This document shows, piece after piece, positions 26,561-37,282 of a stretch of DNA of 64,000 bases. The notes under the pieces were generated by a model. The model had not been told where the DNA came from, did not search any database, and saw only the letters and a program-made list of their open reading frames with translations. Origin of the DNA: Verrucomicrobiota bacterium (GTDB taxonomy: Bacteria; Verrucomicrobiota; Verrucomicrobiia; Limisphaerales; CANJSG01); the NCBI GenBank assembly GCA_947476875.1, contig CANJSG010000003.1, positions 177 to 64,176 on the forward strand, in the 5' to 3' direction. How positions within the stretch are numbered: the stretch's first letter is position 1; the number at the start of each line of letters is the position of its first letter. The translations under genes and the position numbers were made by a program.

Positions 26561-29083
26561 GTGCGTTGCTCCGGCGGCGCCAAACCTGCTACTGGATCGC
26601 CGGTGAGAATCGGCCAGTTCATCCGGGGCGCGCTCGCCGCAGCTTGGTTCTGCGGCGGACTGACAGGCGTGGCATGGGCACAATTCCGCGTGGAACCGCC
26701 GCCGCCCTACGCCGGCGGACCTTTCCCAACTCCTCCCGACCAGGGCTCCGCGCTGAAGGCCACGACGTTGGCTTTTCCATCCAACTACCTGTCGGCAGCC
26801 GTCACGATCTTCGCCTCGGGTTTCGCCAATCCCAAGGGCTGCGAGTATGCCGAGATCTCGGTGGCCGTGGGCAGCCTCTGGTCCGGCGACGGCGGCGTGA
26901 TCGACACGCGCGGCTGGCTGATGCCGGGGACCACTTCGCCGCGCTTCGCGGTGTGCTGGAACGGTCTGGTTTATCCAGTCATCAAAGCCGGCAAACCAGC
27001 CGACTTCCGGGCGGACATCGCCGCCACTCTCGAGGATAACCACCGCGAGAACGGCTGGGTCCTCCGGGAGGAGGACGCCGTTTCCCACAAGAGCACGCAT
27101 TCATTGAAGGGCTTGATCCTGCTCCGGCTGGGCGAAGAGCAAATGGCCTACGACTACTGGGCCTCCCTCATTGAGCGCGACAAGACTTCACGCCCCGGCG
27201 CACGTCCGACGCGTCCCGTGCAGACGACGCGCATCCTTCCGGGAACCGAGGGGGTGAAACTCGCGGAGCCTGGACCGGTCAAACCGGCCACTCCCGCGAA
27301 GCCGGTCCTGCCGAAGGAAGCGGCGGATCCCTTCCTGGGCTGGGCCACGCTCTGGGCCAGCAGCGCGCTGGACCGCGCGGTCTGCGCCTTCATGCGCGGC
27401 GACGATCTGCTGGGCCTGCACGGCGTGCGGCCGTTGGTCGAAGTCCGTTCATCGCTGGAGAAGGCGGCCGAAGTTCGTGGTGCCGCCAAACCGGGCAACG
27501 CCGCCCGCTACTTCGAATTCCTCGACATCGTTCCGCAGCTGCTGGTCGAACTCACGCGCCGCACCGCGCCCTCCGCCAAACCCAAACCCCCGCTGGAAAG
27601 CCTCGCGGCCAACACCAACCGCGCTGAACGGATCGCCGGATACCTCACGCGCTTTCCGGAGCTGGCGCAGAGGCAGCGCAGCCAGGCCGGCGGCCTCAGC
27701 CCCTGGTTCGACGACCCGGCCGTGACCGGCCTGATGGACGAAGGCCAGGCCGCCGTGGAACCGACACTGGCTTTTCTTGAGAGCGATGCCGCCGCCGGAC
27801 TCACCCGCGCCGTCAGCTTCAACCGCGATTTCATTCCCACTCGCACTCTCCACCCGGTCAGCGCCGCCGTGACCGAAACGCTGAGGACGATGCTTCGACT
27901 GAAGCCTCTCGACATGATCGTTCCGCTGAAGGAGCTCAACGCCGCCGGGGACAAGACCCACACGCTGCTCGCCGCAAAACTCCGCGCCCACATCCAGCAA
28001 CAGGGCGCCGTCACCCTCGAAGAAGGTTGGTATCGCGTGCTGACCAACGGCACCGCCAATCCCGAAGTCTGGTCGCAGGCCATCCGCGGCATCACCACCG
28101 CGGCCAAAGGCGGAAGCGGTTCATCGAGCCTCCCGACCCCTTCTCAAGGCGGCTCTGGCGAACGGCTCCAAGGCGAGGCCCTCCGCGAGAAGTCGTCTCC
28201 GACCGTGACCGAGCTCATGCTGAAACGCGTCGGCAAGTGGCGCGCCCAGGCGGATCTTCCCCAACTCGGCCTTACCCGCCACATCGAACTCATCCGCCGG
28301 ATCGGCCTGTGGCAATCGGGCGCCGAGCTTTCCCTCCTCGGCGACACGGTCGCGGGATGCGTCGACGCGTGGAACACCGACCTCGCGCAGCCCCAGCGAA
28401 AGGCCGGCGTGGCTGCCATCCTGGGACGCCACATCTCCACCATCAGCCTTGATCGCGCGCTTCTGGGCGACACAAACGCGCTGCCGGACTATGCGACGTG
28501 GGTGAGGAGGGTAACCGATGAGGATTACAAACAATGGCAGGACAGCCGGCCAACCTTGCCCCACCCATTGGAACCCCTCTGGAAACATCCCCAGCATCCC
28601 GCCATCGCCGAAGTCGCGGGGTTCCTATTCGACCCCGAGAAAAGCGGACTGCGGGCTTCGCTCAGCTTCTCCACCGGTGTGAACAGCCTGCCCGTCCTCG
28701 AGTCGGGGACCGCCCTCGCCCGTCTCTCGTCATTTCGCGCGCTGCTGATCAAGGCTCTCGAAGACCAGACCGTCATCGGGTCCGTGCGCATTCTCGGCAC
28801 CGGCCGATATGAAGTCCGCGACAACTCGGGCCGCATCGCCAACTACCGCCGGGCTTCCGACGACAAGCTCCTCGACCCGCGCGACGGCCAAACCCTCCGC
28901 TACTGCGACTTCGTCGCGCCCGGTCTCGCGAGCTGGGAGGGACTGCCGAAGATGGAACTCTACTGGTCGGCCGAGGAACGCGACGCGGCCATCGCCCTCT
29001 TCATCGCCGCGCTGAAGCAGCCCGCCGCCGACTTCAATCGCCGTGAGTTCCAGGGCGAGACCTACGAGGTTCGTCGGCGTTGA
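26561..29083 (+). CDS. large hypothetical secreted protein (about 830 aa)
   Basis: Long ORF with high GC3. A signal-like segment ([18 protein letters not shown]) follows the alternative GTG at 26603. I recognise no domain. Confidence 0.65.
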   Translation: MRCSGGAKPATGSPVRIGQFIRGALAAAWFCGGLTGVAWAQFRVEPPPPYAGGPFPTPPDQGSALKATTLAFPSNYLSAAVTIFASGFANPKGCEYAEISVAVGSLWSGDGGVIDTRGWLMPGTTSPRFAVCWNGLVYPVIKAGKPADFRADIAATLEDNHRENGWVLREEDAVSHKSTHSLKGLILLRLGEEQMAYDYWASLIERDKTSRPGARPTRPVQTTRILPGTEGVKLAEPGPVKPATPAKPVLPKEAADPFLGWATLWASSALDRAVCAFMRGDDLLGLHGVRPLVEVRSSLEKAAEVRGAAKPGNAARYFEFLDIVPQLLVELTRRTAPSAKPKPPLESLAANTNRAERIAGYLTRFPELAQRQRSQAGGLSPWFDDPAVTGLMDEGQAAVEPTLAFLESDAAAGLTRAVSFNRDFIPTRTLHPVSAAVTETLRTMLRLKPLDMIVPLKELNAAGDKTHTLLAAKLRAHIQQQGAVTLEEGWYRVLTNGTANPEVWSQAIRGITTAAKGGSGSSSLPTPSQGGSGERLQGEALREKSSPTVTELMLKRVGKWRAQADLPQLGLTRHIELIRRIGLWQSGAELSLLGDTVAGCVDAWNTDLAQPQRKAGVAAILGRHISTISLDRALLGDTNALPDYATWVRRVTDEDYKQWQDSRPTLPHPLEPLWKHPQHPAIAEVAGFLFDPEKSGLRASLSFSTGVNSLPVLESGTALARLSSFRALLIKALEDQTVIGSVRILGTGRYEVRDNSGRIANYRRASDDKLLDPRDGQTLRYCDFVAPGLASWEGLPKMELYWSAEERDAAIALFIAALKQPAADFNRREFQGETYEVRRR

Positions 29084-29147
29084 ACGGAAATTGGTTCGCG
29101 CTTCTTTTTTCTCCACTCCGCGCCGCTCTCCGCCATCGTCCGCCGCG

Positions 29148-29900
29148 ATGAAGCTGATTTCGTGGAACGTCAACGGGCTGCGCGCGGTGCTGAAGAAGAA
29201 CTTCCTCGAGTTCCTCGCCGCCGAGGCGCCCGACGTCCTTTGCCTCCAGGAAACCAAGTGCCACCCGGACGACGTCGAGCCCAGCTGGCCCGCTGAGCTG
29301 GCGACGCACTGGAACTGGGCGGAGAAGAAGGGCTACTCCGGCACCGCCATCCTTTCGAAGGTCGCCCCGATCAAGGTCACCCGCGGCATCGGACACGCCG
29401 ACCATGACAACGAGGGCCGCGTGCTCACGGCCGAGTTCGCCAAATTCCATCTCGTCAACGTCTACGTGCCGAACTCCCAGCGTGAACTCGCCCGGCTGCC
29501 GTATCGGTTGGAGTGGGACCGGGACTTCCTCGCCTATCTCAAGAACCTGGAGAAGACCAAGCCGGTAATCGTCTGCGGCGACCTCAACGTGGCCCACACC
29601 GAGATCGACCTCGCGAATCCGAAGTCGAACATGAAGAACCACGGCTTCACGCCGGAGGAACGCGCCGGGTTCAACACGATGGTCGAAGCCGGCTTCGTCG
29701 ACACCTTCCGCGAGTTCGAGAAGGGCGGCGGCCATTATTCCTGGTGGAGCCCGATGATGGGCGCGCGCAAACGGAACGTCGGATGGCGCATCGACTACTT
29801 CCTCATCAGCGCGGCGCTGCGGCCCAAGCTAAAGAAGGCGTTCATCCGGCCCGAGGTCATGGGCAGCGACCATTGCCCGGTCGGCATCGAACTCGCCTGA
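29148..29900 (+). CDS. xth: exodeoxyribonuclease III
   Basis: [13 protein letters not shown]..., LQETK, GDLNVAH, SDHCPV motifs. Confidence 0.9.
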   Translation: MKLISWNVNGLRAVLKKNFLEFLAAEAPDVLCLQETKCHPDDVEPSWPAELATHWNWAEKKGYSGTAILSKVAPIKVTRGIGHADHDNEGRVLTAEFAKFHLVNVYVPNSQRELARLPYRLEWDRDFLAYLKNLEKTKPVIVCGDLNVAHTEIDLANPKSNMKNHGFTPEERAGFNTMVEAGFVDTFREFEKGGGHYSWWSPMMGARKRNVGWRIDYFLISAALRPKLKKAFIRPEVMGSDHCPVGIELA

Positions 29901-29927
29901 GGGACCGGTCCATTTCCTGAATCCATT

Positions 29928-30368
29928 TTGAAGAACGTCATCATCCACACCGACGGCGGTTGCCAACCCAACCCGGGTCCCGGCGGCTGGGCCGCCATCC
30001 TGCAATACGGCGCCCACACCAAGGAGCTCTCCGGGTTCGAGCCCGAGACGACCAACAACCGGATGGAACTGCTCGCTCCCATCGGCGCCCTTGAGCTGTT
30101 GCAGGAACGCTGCGTCATCGAGGTGTTCACCGACTCCACCTACGTCCGCAACGGCATCACCAAGTGGATCCATGGCTGGAAGAAGAACGGCTGGAAGACG
30201 GCCGGGCGTGAACCGGTCAAGAACGAGGAGCTGTGGCGCCGCCTCGATGCCGCCGCGGCCCGGCATGAGGTCACATGGCGCTGGCTAAAGGGCCACGCCG
30301 GCCATGCGCTGAACGAGCGGTGCGACGTGCTTGCAGGCGAGGCGATCGCCAGGGCGAAGAAGCGTTGA
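29928..30368 (+). CDS. rnhA: ribonuclease HI
   Basis: IHTDGGC...TNNRMEL...TDS.Y...W.KGHAGH..NE..D motifs. TTG start. Confidence 0.9.
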   Translation: MKNVIIHTDGGCQPNPGPGGWAAILQYGAHTKELSGFEPETTNNRMELLAPIGALELLQERCVIEVFTDSTYVRNGITKWIHGWKKNGWKTAGREPVKNEELWRRLDAAAARHEVTWRWLKGHAGHALNERCDVLAGEAIARAKKR

Positions 30369-30400
30369 TCAGCCGCCTCGGCGCCGCCTGGAAGCCCGTC

Positions 30401-30781
30401 CTACCTGTTGCCGCGTCCCCACGCCAGGATCGACAGCCCGACGATCGTCCCGGTGACCGGAAACGGCACGGCCGCCAACCCCCCGCAGAGCCCCGCGATC
30501 CCGAACGCTCGCAGAAATCCGTCTCGGTGGATGACCTTCTGGATGAGGAAAACCGGCGCGGCGCAGGCGAGAAAGCTAAGCGGAATAGAAATGAACCAAA
30601 AGAGCGCCGCCCAATCAACCAGCGTCCAAAGCGCATCGACACCGACGAGGACCATGGCGGAGGCGGGATGAAACAGGGGCTTCCCCGGCCCGCCACCGCT
30701 CGACCCGCCCGTTCCGGGGATGCGCTCCGGCCGCACCGGAGCGGCGACAGACGGTGGAAGGCTGGGAGGCTGTTGGCTCAT
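30401..30781 (-). CDS. small hypothetical membrane protein
   Basis: Three to four hydrophobic segments after a Pro/Gly-rich N-terminus. Confidence 0.5.
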   Translation of the reverse strand: MSQQPPSLPPSVAAPVRPERIPGTGGSSGGGPGKPLFHPASAMVLVGVDALWTLVDWAALFWFISIPLSFLACAAPVFLIQKVIHRDGFLRAFGIAGLCGGLAAVPFPVTGTIVGLSILAWGRGNR

Positions 30782-30899
30782 CAGGCGTCCAATGTGCCCA
30801 AGACCGCTCTGCGCTCAAGTGCTACAAACGTCCGTTGCTTTGCCTCCGGCTTCCCCACAGACAACACCGCTGCCGACCCAACGAGCCCGCAGGCATGGC

Positions 30900-33041
30900 C
30901 TACTCTTCCGGTTGCCGGCGGACTTTGACCTGGGCGAACTTTCGTTTGGTCGCCTTGGGGCGGTGCCGACTGGTCTCGAGCGCGAGGTCGATGAACTCCG
31001 ACTGGCTCCGGCAGGCTTCTTCGCCGCGCTTGAGCGGCGGAATCAGGTAGGAACCGTCCGGCTGGAGGATCCGCGACTTCACATTGTCGCCGAGCTGCGT
31101 TTCCAGGATCTCGGCCTTGATCCGTTCCAGCAGGTTGCCGTCCTCGATGGGGAAAACGGTTTCGATGCGCTTGAAGAAGTTGCGCGGCATCCAGTCGGCG
31201 CTCCCGACGTAGGCCTCGGGACGAAGCGCATTGGCGAAGTGGAAGATGCGGGAGTGTTCGAGGAAGCGGTCGATGATCGAGCGGACGGTGATGTTCTCGC
31301 TGAGGCCGGGCACGCCCGGACGCAGGCAGCAGACGCCGCGGATGATCAGCTCGATCTTCACCCCGGCCTGCGACGCCCGGTAGAGCGACTCGATGGTCTC
31401 GCGGTCCACGAGGGCGTTCATCTTGGCGATGATGCGGGCGGGCAGGCCTTTCTTCGCGTTCTCCGCCTCGCGCGCGATCAGCTCGTTGATCCGCGAGTGC
31501 ATCGTGAAGGGCGAGACGAGCAGCTTGCGCGTGCCTTGGAACTGGCAGACGCCGGTGAGCAGGTTGAAGAGGTCGCCCACGTCTTCGCCGATGTCGGGGT
31601 TGCACGTGAACAGGCCGACGTCGGTGTAGAACCGCGCGGTGGTCGGGTTGTAGTTGCCCGTGCCGAGATGGACATAACGCCGGATGCCATCGGGATCCTT
31701 GCGGACGACGAGGCACATCTTCGAATGGATCTTGTAGCCGACGAGGCCGTAGACGACGTGCACGCCGGCCTCCTCGAGCTGCCGCGCCCACTTGATGTTG
31801 TTCGCCTCGTCGAAGCGCGCCTTCAACTCCACCACCGCGGTGACCTGCTTGCCGTTGCGCACCGCCTCCATCAGGGAACCGACGATCCGCATGTCGCCCG
31901 AGGTCCGGTAGAGCGTCTGCTTGATCGCGAGCACGTCCGGATCGGCGGCGGCCTGCCTCAGGAAATCGACGAAGCTCGAGAAGCTCTCGAACGGATGATG
32001 CATCATCACGTCACGCGTCCGGATCACGGCGAAGATGTCCGCCACGCCCCGGAGCGCCGGAGTCACCGGCGCGATGAACGGCGGATCCCGGAGCTCGGGG
32101 GAATGGTCGCCGTCGCAGACCGCCATCAACCGCGTGGGGTTGATCGGCCCGTCGATGACGTAGAGGTCCTCCTGCGCGAGCTGGAGATTCTCCAACAGCT
32201 TGGCGCGGATGTCCGGCGGACAATCGACTTCGACTTCCAGGCGGACGGCGTCGCCCCGGCGGCGGTTATGGAGTTCGGCTTCGACGGCCTTGAGCAGGTT
32301 GGCCACATCCTCCTCGTCGATGTAGAGCTCGCTGTTGCGGGTGACGCGAAAGGCCCACGCGCCAGTGATGAGCGTCCCGGGAAAAATGCCCTTGAGATTT
32401 TCGCGGATGACGTTCGCGAGGAAGACGTAGTCGCGCCTGCCGTCTTCACGCGGCAGGGGCACGAGGCGGGGCAGGACGCGCGGCACCTGCACGATGGCCA
32501 TGCGGTTGCGGACCTCGCCGTTGTGGACGGTCTGGAGCTGGACGATCAGGTTGAGCGTCTTGTTGAGCAGCTGGGGAAAAGGATGGGAAGGATCGACCCC
32601 CAGCGGCGTGAGCACGGGCGCGACATCCCTCCGGAAATAGGTCTCGACGTAGGCCCGGTCGGCCGCGCCCAGTTCCGCGATGGTGAGGAACCGGATCCGC
32701 TTCTTCGCCAGCGCGGGAACCAGTTCTTCCCGCCAGCACCGGTTCTGGTGGTCGACCAGCTTCAAGACGCGTTTGCGGATGTCCCGCAGCGTTTCCGAAG
32801 CCGTCCGGCCATCGGGCGAGCGTTCGATGACGTGGCTTTCCTCCTGTTGCTTGAGGCCCGCGACGCGGACCTCGAAGAACTCGTCGAGGTTCGAGCTGAC
32901 GATGCAGAAAAACTTCACCCTCTCGAGCAGCGGAGACCTTGAGTCGAGCGCCTCGTCGAGCACACGCTGGTTGAATTCCAGCCAGCTGAGCTCGCGGTTG
33001 AGGAAGTGGGCTGCGGTAAATTTTTTGACCAATCCGGCCAT
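30900..33041 (-). CDS. ppk1: polyphosphate kinase 1
   Basis: N-terminus MAGLVKKFTAAHFLNRELSWLEFNQRVL (ATG at 33041). PPK1-typical blocks are present, including IHSKMCLVVR. Confidence 0.9.
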   Translation of the reverse strand: MAGLVKKFTAAHFLNRELSWLEFNQRVLDEALDSRSPLLERVKFFCIVSSNLDEFFEVRVAGLKQQEESHVIERSPDGRTASETLRDIRKRVLKLVDHQNRCWREELVPALAKKRIRFLTIAELGAADRAYVETYFRRDVAPVLTPLGVDPSHPFPQLLNKTLNLIVQLQTVHNGEVRNRMAIVQVPRVLPRLVPLPREDGRRDYVFLANVIRENLKGIFPGTLITGAWAFRVTRNSELYIDEEDVANLLKAVEAELHNRRRGDAVRLEVEVDCPPDIRAKLLENLQLAQEDLYVIDGPINPTRLMAVCDGDHSPELRDPPFIAPVTPALRGVADIFAVIRTRDVMMHHPFESFSSFVDFLRQAAADPDVLAIKQTLYRTSGDMRIVGSLMEAVRNGKQVTAVVELKARFDEANNIKWARQLEEAGVHVVYGLVGYKIHSKMCLVVRKDPDGIRRYVHLGTGNYNPTTARFYTDVGLFTCNPDIGEDVGDLFNLLTGVCQFQGTRKLLVSPFTMHSRINELIAREAENAKKGLPARIIAKMNALVDRETIESLYRASQAGVKIELIIRGVCCLRPGVPGLSENITVRSIIDRFLEHSRIFHFANALRPEAYVGSADWMPRNFFKRIETVFPIEDGNLLERIKAEILETQLGDNVKSRILQPDGSYLIPPLKRGEEACRSQSEFIDLALETSRHRPKATKRKFAQVKVRRQPEE

Positions 33042-33185
33042 AGGGACGTGCAAAGTAGCCCGCCCCACTGGTGACAGGCCAGCGACATTTGGATGACGGG
33101 CATTTCCGGAAACCCGGCCATCCTCCTTCCTGAAAGGCTGATTTGCCGCAGCCGGATCATCGGGCATACTCCCCGCGTTCCATCC

Positions 33186-34508
33186 ATGAAAACAATTCGT
33201 TCGATCGCCCTCAGCATTCTCCTCGGGGCTGCGACGCTCCTGCTGGCCGCCACGGGCGGACCGGAAGCGAGGGCCGCTTCGGCACAGGCCAGCCTTGTGG
33301 CCAGCGACGAACCGGGCTGGCCGCAGTTCCGAGGACCGAGACGCGACGGGATCTCCGACGAACGCGGCCTGCTTCAAGCCTGGCCCGGGTCCGGGCCCGC
33401 CGTGCTCTGGACCGCGACCCATCTGGGCAACGGCTTCTCGTCGCCCGTCCTCTCGCGTGACCGGATCTTCATCAGCGGCGATATCGGCGAAGAGCTCCAC
33501 CTCTTCGCCCTCGACCTGTCCGGGCGCCTCGTCTGGACGGCGACCAACGGCGTCTCGTGGAAGAACCCCTATCCCGGGGCCCGCGCCACCGCCGCCTATA
33601 ACCAGGGCCGCGTCTATCTGCAAAACGCCCACGGCCGAGTGGCTTCTTTCGATGCGGCCAGCGGTCGCGAACTATGGGCCGTCAATCTTCTGGAAACCTT
33701 CGGCGGGAAGAACATCACCTGGGGACTCAGCGAATGCCTCCTCATCGACGCCAAAGCAGTCTATGCCGTCGCCGGCGGGAGTGACGCGCTCGTCGTGGCG
33801 CTGGACAAAGTCACAGGAAAGACGCTGTGGAAGAGTCCACCGTTGATCGACGCGGGGCCCGAGCAATCCGTCGATAACGCCAGCTATGTTTCCCCCATCC
33901 TCGTCGAATATGCCGGCAAGCGCCTGCTCATCGGCTGTTCGCTGCGGAACCTGTTCTGCGCGGACGCGGCCGATGGGCGGCTGCTTTGGACGAAGCGGAT
34001 TCCCACCACCTACAACGTGCTCGCCATGATGCCGACTTTCACCGGCGACGGCGTCTTCATGACCGCGCCGCATGGACCGCCGGGACGCTTCTATCGGTTC
34101 ACCACGCCGACCAAACCGGGCGGCGATCCGGGTGTGGAAGAAGCGTGGACGTCGAAACTCGAAACCTGCCAAGCCAGCCTCGTCCACGTGGACGGCAAGC
34201 TCTACGGCTCGTTCTACCAGGGCCGCAAAGGCTGGGCGGCGGTCGATGCCAAAACCGGCGAGACGCTCTACGACGCGCCTGATTTCGTGAAGGGCGCCGT
34301 GCTCTGGGCCGACGGCCGGCTCTACGCCTATTCCGAGGACGGTTGGCTCCGCTTGCTCCATCCGACGGCCGACAAGTTTGAAGTGAAAGGCCAGTTCCGC
34401 ATCGCCGAAGCGCGCAACGATGCGTGGACCCATCCCGTCATCCTCGATGGACGTCTCTACATCCGCTACCACGGCAAGCTCACATGCTTCGACGTGAAGG
34501 CGAAGTAG
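33186..34508 (+). CDS. PQQ-like beta-propeller repeat protein (BamB-like fold), secreted
   Basis: Signal peptide from the ATG at 33186. Repeated ...G.LLW/LYA... blade motifs. Confidence 0.75.
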   Translation: MKTIRSIALSILLGAATLLLAATGGPEARAASAQASLVASDEPGWPQFRGPRRDGISDERGLLQAWPGSGPAVLWTATHLGNGFSSPVLSRDRIFISGDIGEELHLFALDLSGRLVWTATNGVSWKNPYPGARATAAYNQGRVYLQNAHGRVASFDAASGRELWAVNLLETFGGKNITWGLSECLLIDAKAVYAVAGGSDALVVALDKVTGKTLWKSPPLIDAGPEQSVDNASYVSPILVEYAGKRLLIGCSLRNLFCADAADGRLLWTKRIPTTYNVLAMMPTFTGDGVFMTAPHGPPGRFYRFTTPTKPGGDPGVEEAWTSKLETCQASLVHVDGKLYGSFYQGRKGWAAVDAKTGETLYDAPDFVKGAVLWADGRLYAYSEDGWLRLLHPTADKFEVKGQFRIAEARNDAWTHPVILDGRLYIRYHGKLTCFDVKAK

Positions 34509-34545
34509 GCATTGAGGATTCCAGTCTTTGCCGGAATCTGAATGC

Positions 34546-35766
34546 ATGCCCATCCGGCGCCGCCAATTCCTCCGCCACTGCGTTGTAGTTTCCGCTGCGG
34601 CGTCCCTGTCTATCGAAACGGTCCTGTCGGCAGGCATGGCAGACAGGGTTTCGTGGATCTCACCCGAAATCGCCAAGGACTGGGTGGAGCGTTGGGAGAA
34701 ACGGATCGCAGCCGATGCGCGCGGCCGGAGCTGCGACAAGGAACTGGGCGAAGAACTTGGCTGGCTCGTCAGCCCGTATCTCAACGCCTTCCACTACGGC
34801 CACCTCGCGACCGGCGACGAGAAGTGGATCACGCTCTTCATCGACTGGGCCGATGCGTGCATCCGCCGGGCCACGAAGGAACCGGACGGCTTTCTCGGCT
34901 GGCCCAAAGGCGACGGCGGCGGCGGTGACTCGAACGAGTATTCCGCGGACAGCCTTCTCGGCGAAGCGATGCTGCTCCGGCCCATGGTTCTCATGGCAGC
35001 GCACATCCGGAAGACGCCGGCGCTCGCGACGAAGTGGAACAAAAAGGCCGCCGAGTTGCTGAAGTTGGCCGAGGACACCTTTCAGAAATGGGACTCGCGC
35101 GGCTGCTGGCGCGAAGTGACGGACGGTGGCGTGTGGATCGCGCCGGCCTTCGGCATCGACAATCAAACCGGCCAATGGTCGAAGGGTTACGGTGACCGGA
35201 AGACGACCGGCTTTTCCAATCCGGCGAACAAGCAGAACCACATCGCCCGCTGGCTTCTGGCCCTGCACGACGCGACGGGCAAGACGGTCTATCGCCAGCG
35301 GGCGGAGGCGTGGTTCCGCCTGATGAAGACCAGGATGAGGACACGCGACGGCGGAAAGTTTCTCATCTGGAACTACTGGGACCCGGCCGGTCCGTGGGAC
35401 TTCAAACCGAACGGCGCTCCGAAGCACTGGGTCGGCGTGCATCCCAACGGCGGCTACTACGCCATCGACGCGGAGGGCATCGTCGACGCCTTCGAGCACG
35501 GGCTCGTCTTCACCAAGGAAGACATCGCCCGCCTCATCGGGACGAACCGCGACTTCATGTGGAACCAGCAGGTGCAGGGCGCGAAGTTCCAGCGCATCGA
35601 CGGCGAACCGGCGGATGATCGCTGGAAGAATTCGCCCGGGATCCTGTGGTCGTCGCTCCTTCCGCATGACGAAACACTGCGCCGCGTCTTCGTCGCGAAC
35701 CACAATCCCACGAGTTGGGGTGGCCTGGCTTCGACGCCCTGGTTCCTGTCGTTGTTGAAATCCTGA
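34546..35766 (+). CDS. hypothetical Tat-signal protein
   Basis: MPIRRRQFLRHCVVVSAAASL twin-arginine leader. I recognise no domain. Confidence 0.55.
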   Translation: MPIRRRQFLRHCVVVSAAASLSIETVLSAGMADRVSWISPEIAKDWVERWEKRIAADARGRSCDKELGEELGWLVSPYLNAFHYGHLATGDEKWITLFIDWADACIRRATKEPDGFLGWPKGDGGGGDSNEYSADSLLGEAMLLRPMVLMAAHIRKTPALATKWNKKAAELLKLAEDTFQKWDSRGCWREVTDGGVWIAPAFGIDNQTGQWSKGYGDRKTTGFSNPANKQNHIARWLLALHDATGKTVYRQRAEAWFRLMKTRMRTRDGGKFLIWNYWDPAGPWDFKPNGAPKHWVGVHPNGGYYAIDAEGIVDAFEHGLVFTKEDIARLIGTNRDFMWNQQVQGAKFQRIDGEPADDRWKNSPGILWSSLLPHDETLRRVFVANHNPTSWGGLASTPWFLSLLKS

Positions 35767-35819
35767 CATCCTCCTGAGCTCCGGGTTGACGGGGTCTTTG
35801 CGCAGAGGACAATGGGGCC

Positions 35820-37280
35820 ATGTTCCTCCTTCCGGCCAACGGCTCACGCCGCCAATTCCTTGGCGGACTTGGAGCCGGATTCGGCGCCCTGGCCCTGCAG
35901 GCGCTGACGACCGGTGCAGCCGGCTCGCCCGCAGGAACCGGTCCCAAGACCGACCCGCTGAATCCAAACGCGCCGAGACCGCCCCATTTCAAACCGCGCG
36001 CCAAGTCCGTCATCTTCCTCTACATGGTCGGCGGGCCTTCGCAGATGGACACCTTCGACTACAAGCCCGTCCTCCAGAAGATGCACGGCAAGCCATTGCC
36101 GGAATCGCTCCGCAAGGCGGTCGGGGCGACACGGTTTGCCAACGTCCTCCACGGAAGCAAAGACGAGCTGATGGCGAGTCCCTACAAGTGGACGCAGCAC
36201 GGCGCCTCGGGCATGTGGGTCAGCGAACTGATGCCGAAGACCGCCGAGATCGTGGACGAGCTCTGCTTCATCCATTCGATGCAGGCCGACTCCAACAACC
36301 ACGCGCCGGCCAGCTACCAGATGCACACCGGCGACATCCGGGTCGGCAAGGCCAGCCTCGGTTCCTGGGTGACCTACGGCCTCGGCACGGTCAACCAGGA
36401 CCTTCCCGGCTACGTGGTCCTCTTCGACGCGGGACCGCTCGGCGGCGCCGGAAACTACTCGAACGGCTTTCTTCCCGCCGCCTTCCAGCCGACCCGCCTG
36501 CGGGATCGCGGCACGCCGGTTCTGGACCTGCTGCCACCGGAGCCGTTCGCGGCGGGACAACGCGACACGCTCGACCTCGTCCACAAGCTCAACCTCCGAC
36601 ACCGAGCGTCGCGTTCCGGGTTCACGGAACTCGACGCCCGCATCGCCAGCTACGAGCTCGCCTTTCGCATGCAGTCGTCGGCGTTGGACGTCGGTGATCT
36701 CGAAAAGGAACCGGTGCACATCCGCGAGAGCTACGGCCTCCAGCACTCCGACAAACGCACGCAGGCCTTCGGCCGGAAGTGCCTTCTCGCCCGGCGTCTC
36801 GTCGAACGGGGCGTGCGCTTCGTCCAGCTCTACGACATGCCGGACAAGGACGGCTGGGACGCACACGACAAACTCACGAACAACCACACGCCCCGCGCGC
36901 GCTGGACCGACCAGCCAGTGGCCTCGTTGGTCAAGGATTTGAAACAGCGCGGCCTGCTCGACGAAACCCTCGTCATCTGGGCCAGCGAGTTCGGCCGCAT
37001 GCCCCTGATGCAGGGCAACGAAGGCCGCAACCACAACGCCGCCGGCTTCACCCTCTGGATGACCGGAGGCGGCATCAAGACGGCCCAGCGCATCGGTAGC
37101 ACCGACGAGTTCGGCCTGATGGCGACAGAACGGCCGATCCACTTCCGCGACCTCCACGCCACCATCCTCTCGGCGCTTGGCTTGAACAACGACGACCTCT
37201 TCTTCGAGACCAATGGCCGTCAGGAACGCCTCACCGGCGTGGCCGGCTCGGGGAAGGTCATCGAGGGAATCTTCGCCTGA
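35820..37280 (+). CDS. DUF1501 domain-containing (sulfatase-fold) protein
   Basis: Tat leader SRRQFLGGLGAG. Typical DUF1501 blocks (DTFDYKP, GRDH-like NEGRNHN). Confidence 0.85.
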   Translation: MFLLPANGSRRQFLGGLGAGFGALALQALTTGAAGSPAGTGPKTDPLNPNAPRPPHFKPRAKSVIFLYMVGGPSQMDTFDYKPVLQKMHGKPLPESLRKAVGATRFANVLHGSKDELMASPYKWTQHGASGMWVSELMPKTAEIVDELCFIHSMQADSNNHAPASYQMHTGDIRVGKASLGSWVTYGLGTVNQDLPGYVVLFDAGPLGGAGNYSNGFLPAAFQPTRLRDRGTPVLDLLPPEPFAAGQRDTLDLVHKLNLRHRASRSGFTELDARIASYELAFRMQSSALDVGDLEKEPVHIRESYGLQHSDKRTQAFGRKCLLARRLVERGVRFVQLYDMPDKDGWDAHDKLTNNHTPRARWTDQPVASLVKDLKQRGLLDETLVIWASEFGRMPLMQGNEGRNHNAAGFTLWMTGGGIKTAQRIGSTDEFGLMATERPIHFRDLHATILSALGLNNDDLFFETNGRQERLTGVAGSGKVIEGIFA

Positions 37281-37282
37281 CG

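Noticed and set aside
30033-30044. tRNA T-arm-like GGGTTCGAGCCC
   Set aside because: It lies inside the well-supported rnhA coding frame, and no acceptor or anticodon stems can be built around it. I found no tRNA elsewhere.
33042-33632. 197-codon N-terminal extension of the ppk1 ORF
   Set aside because: The extension is Gly/Arg/Pro-rich and runs across the divergent promoter region into the neighbouring gene. The canonical PPK1 N-terminus begins at MAGLVKKF (ATG at 33041).
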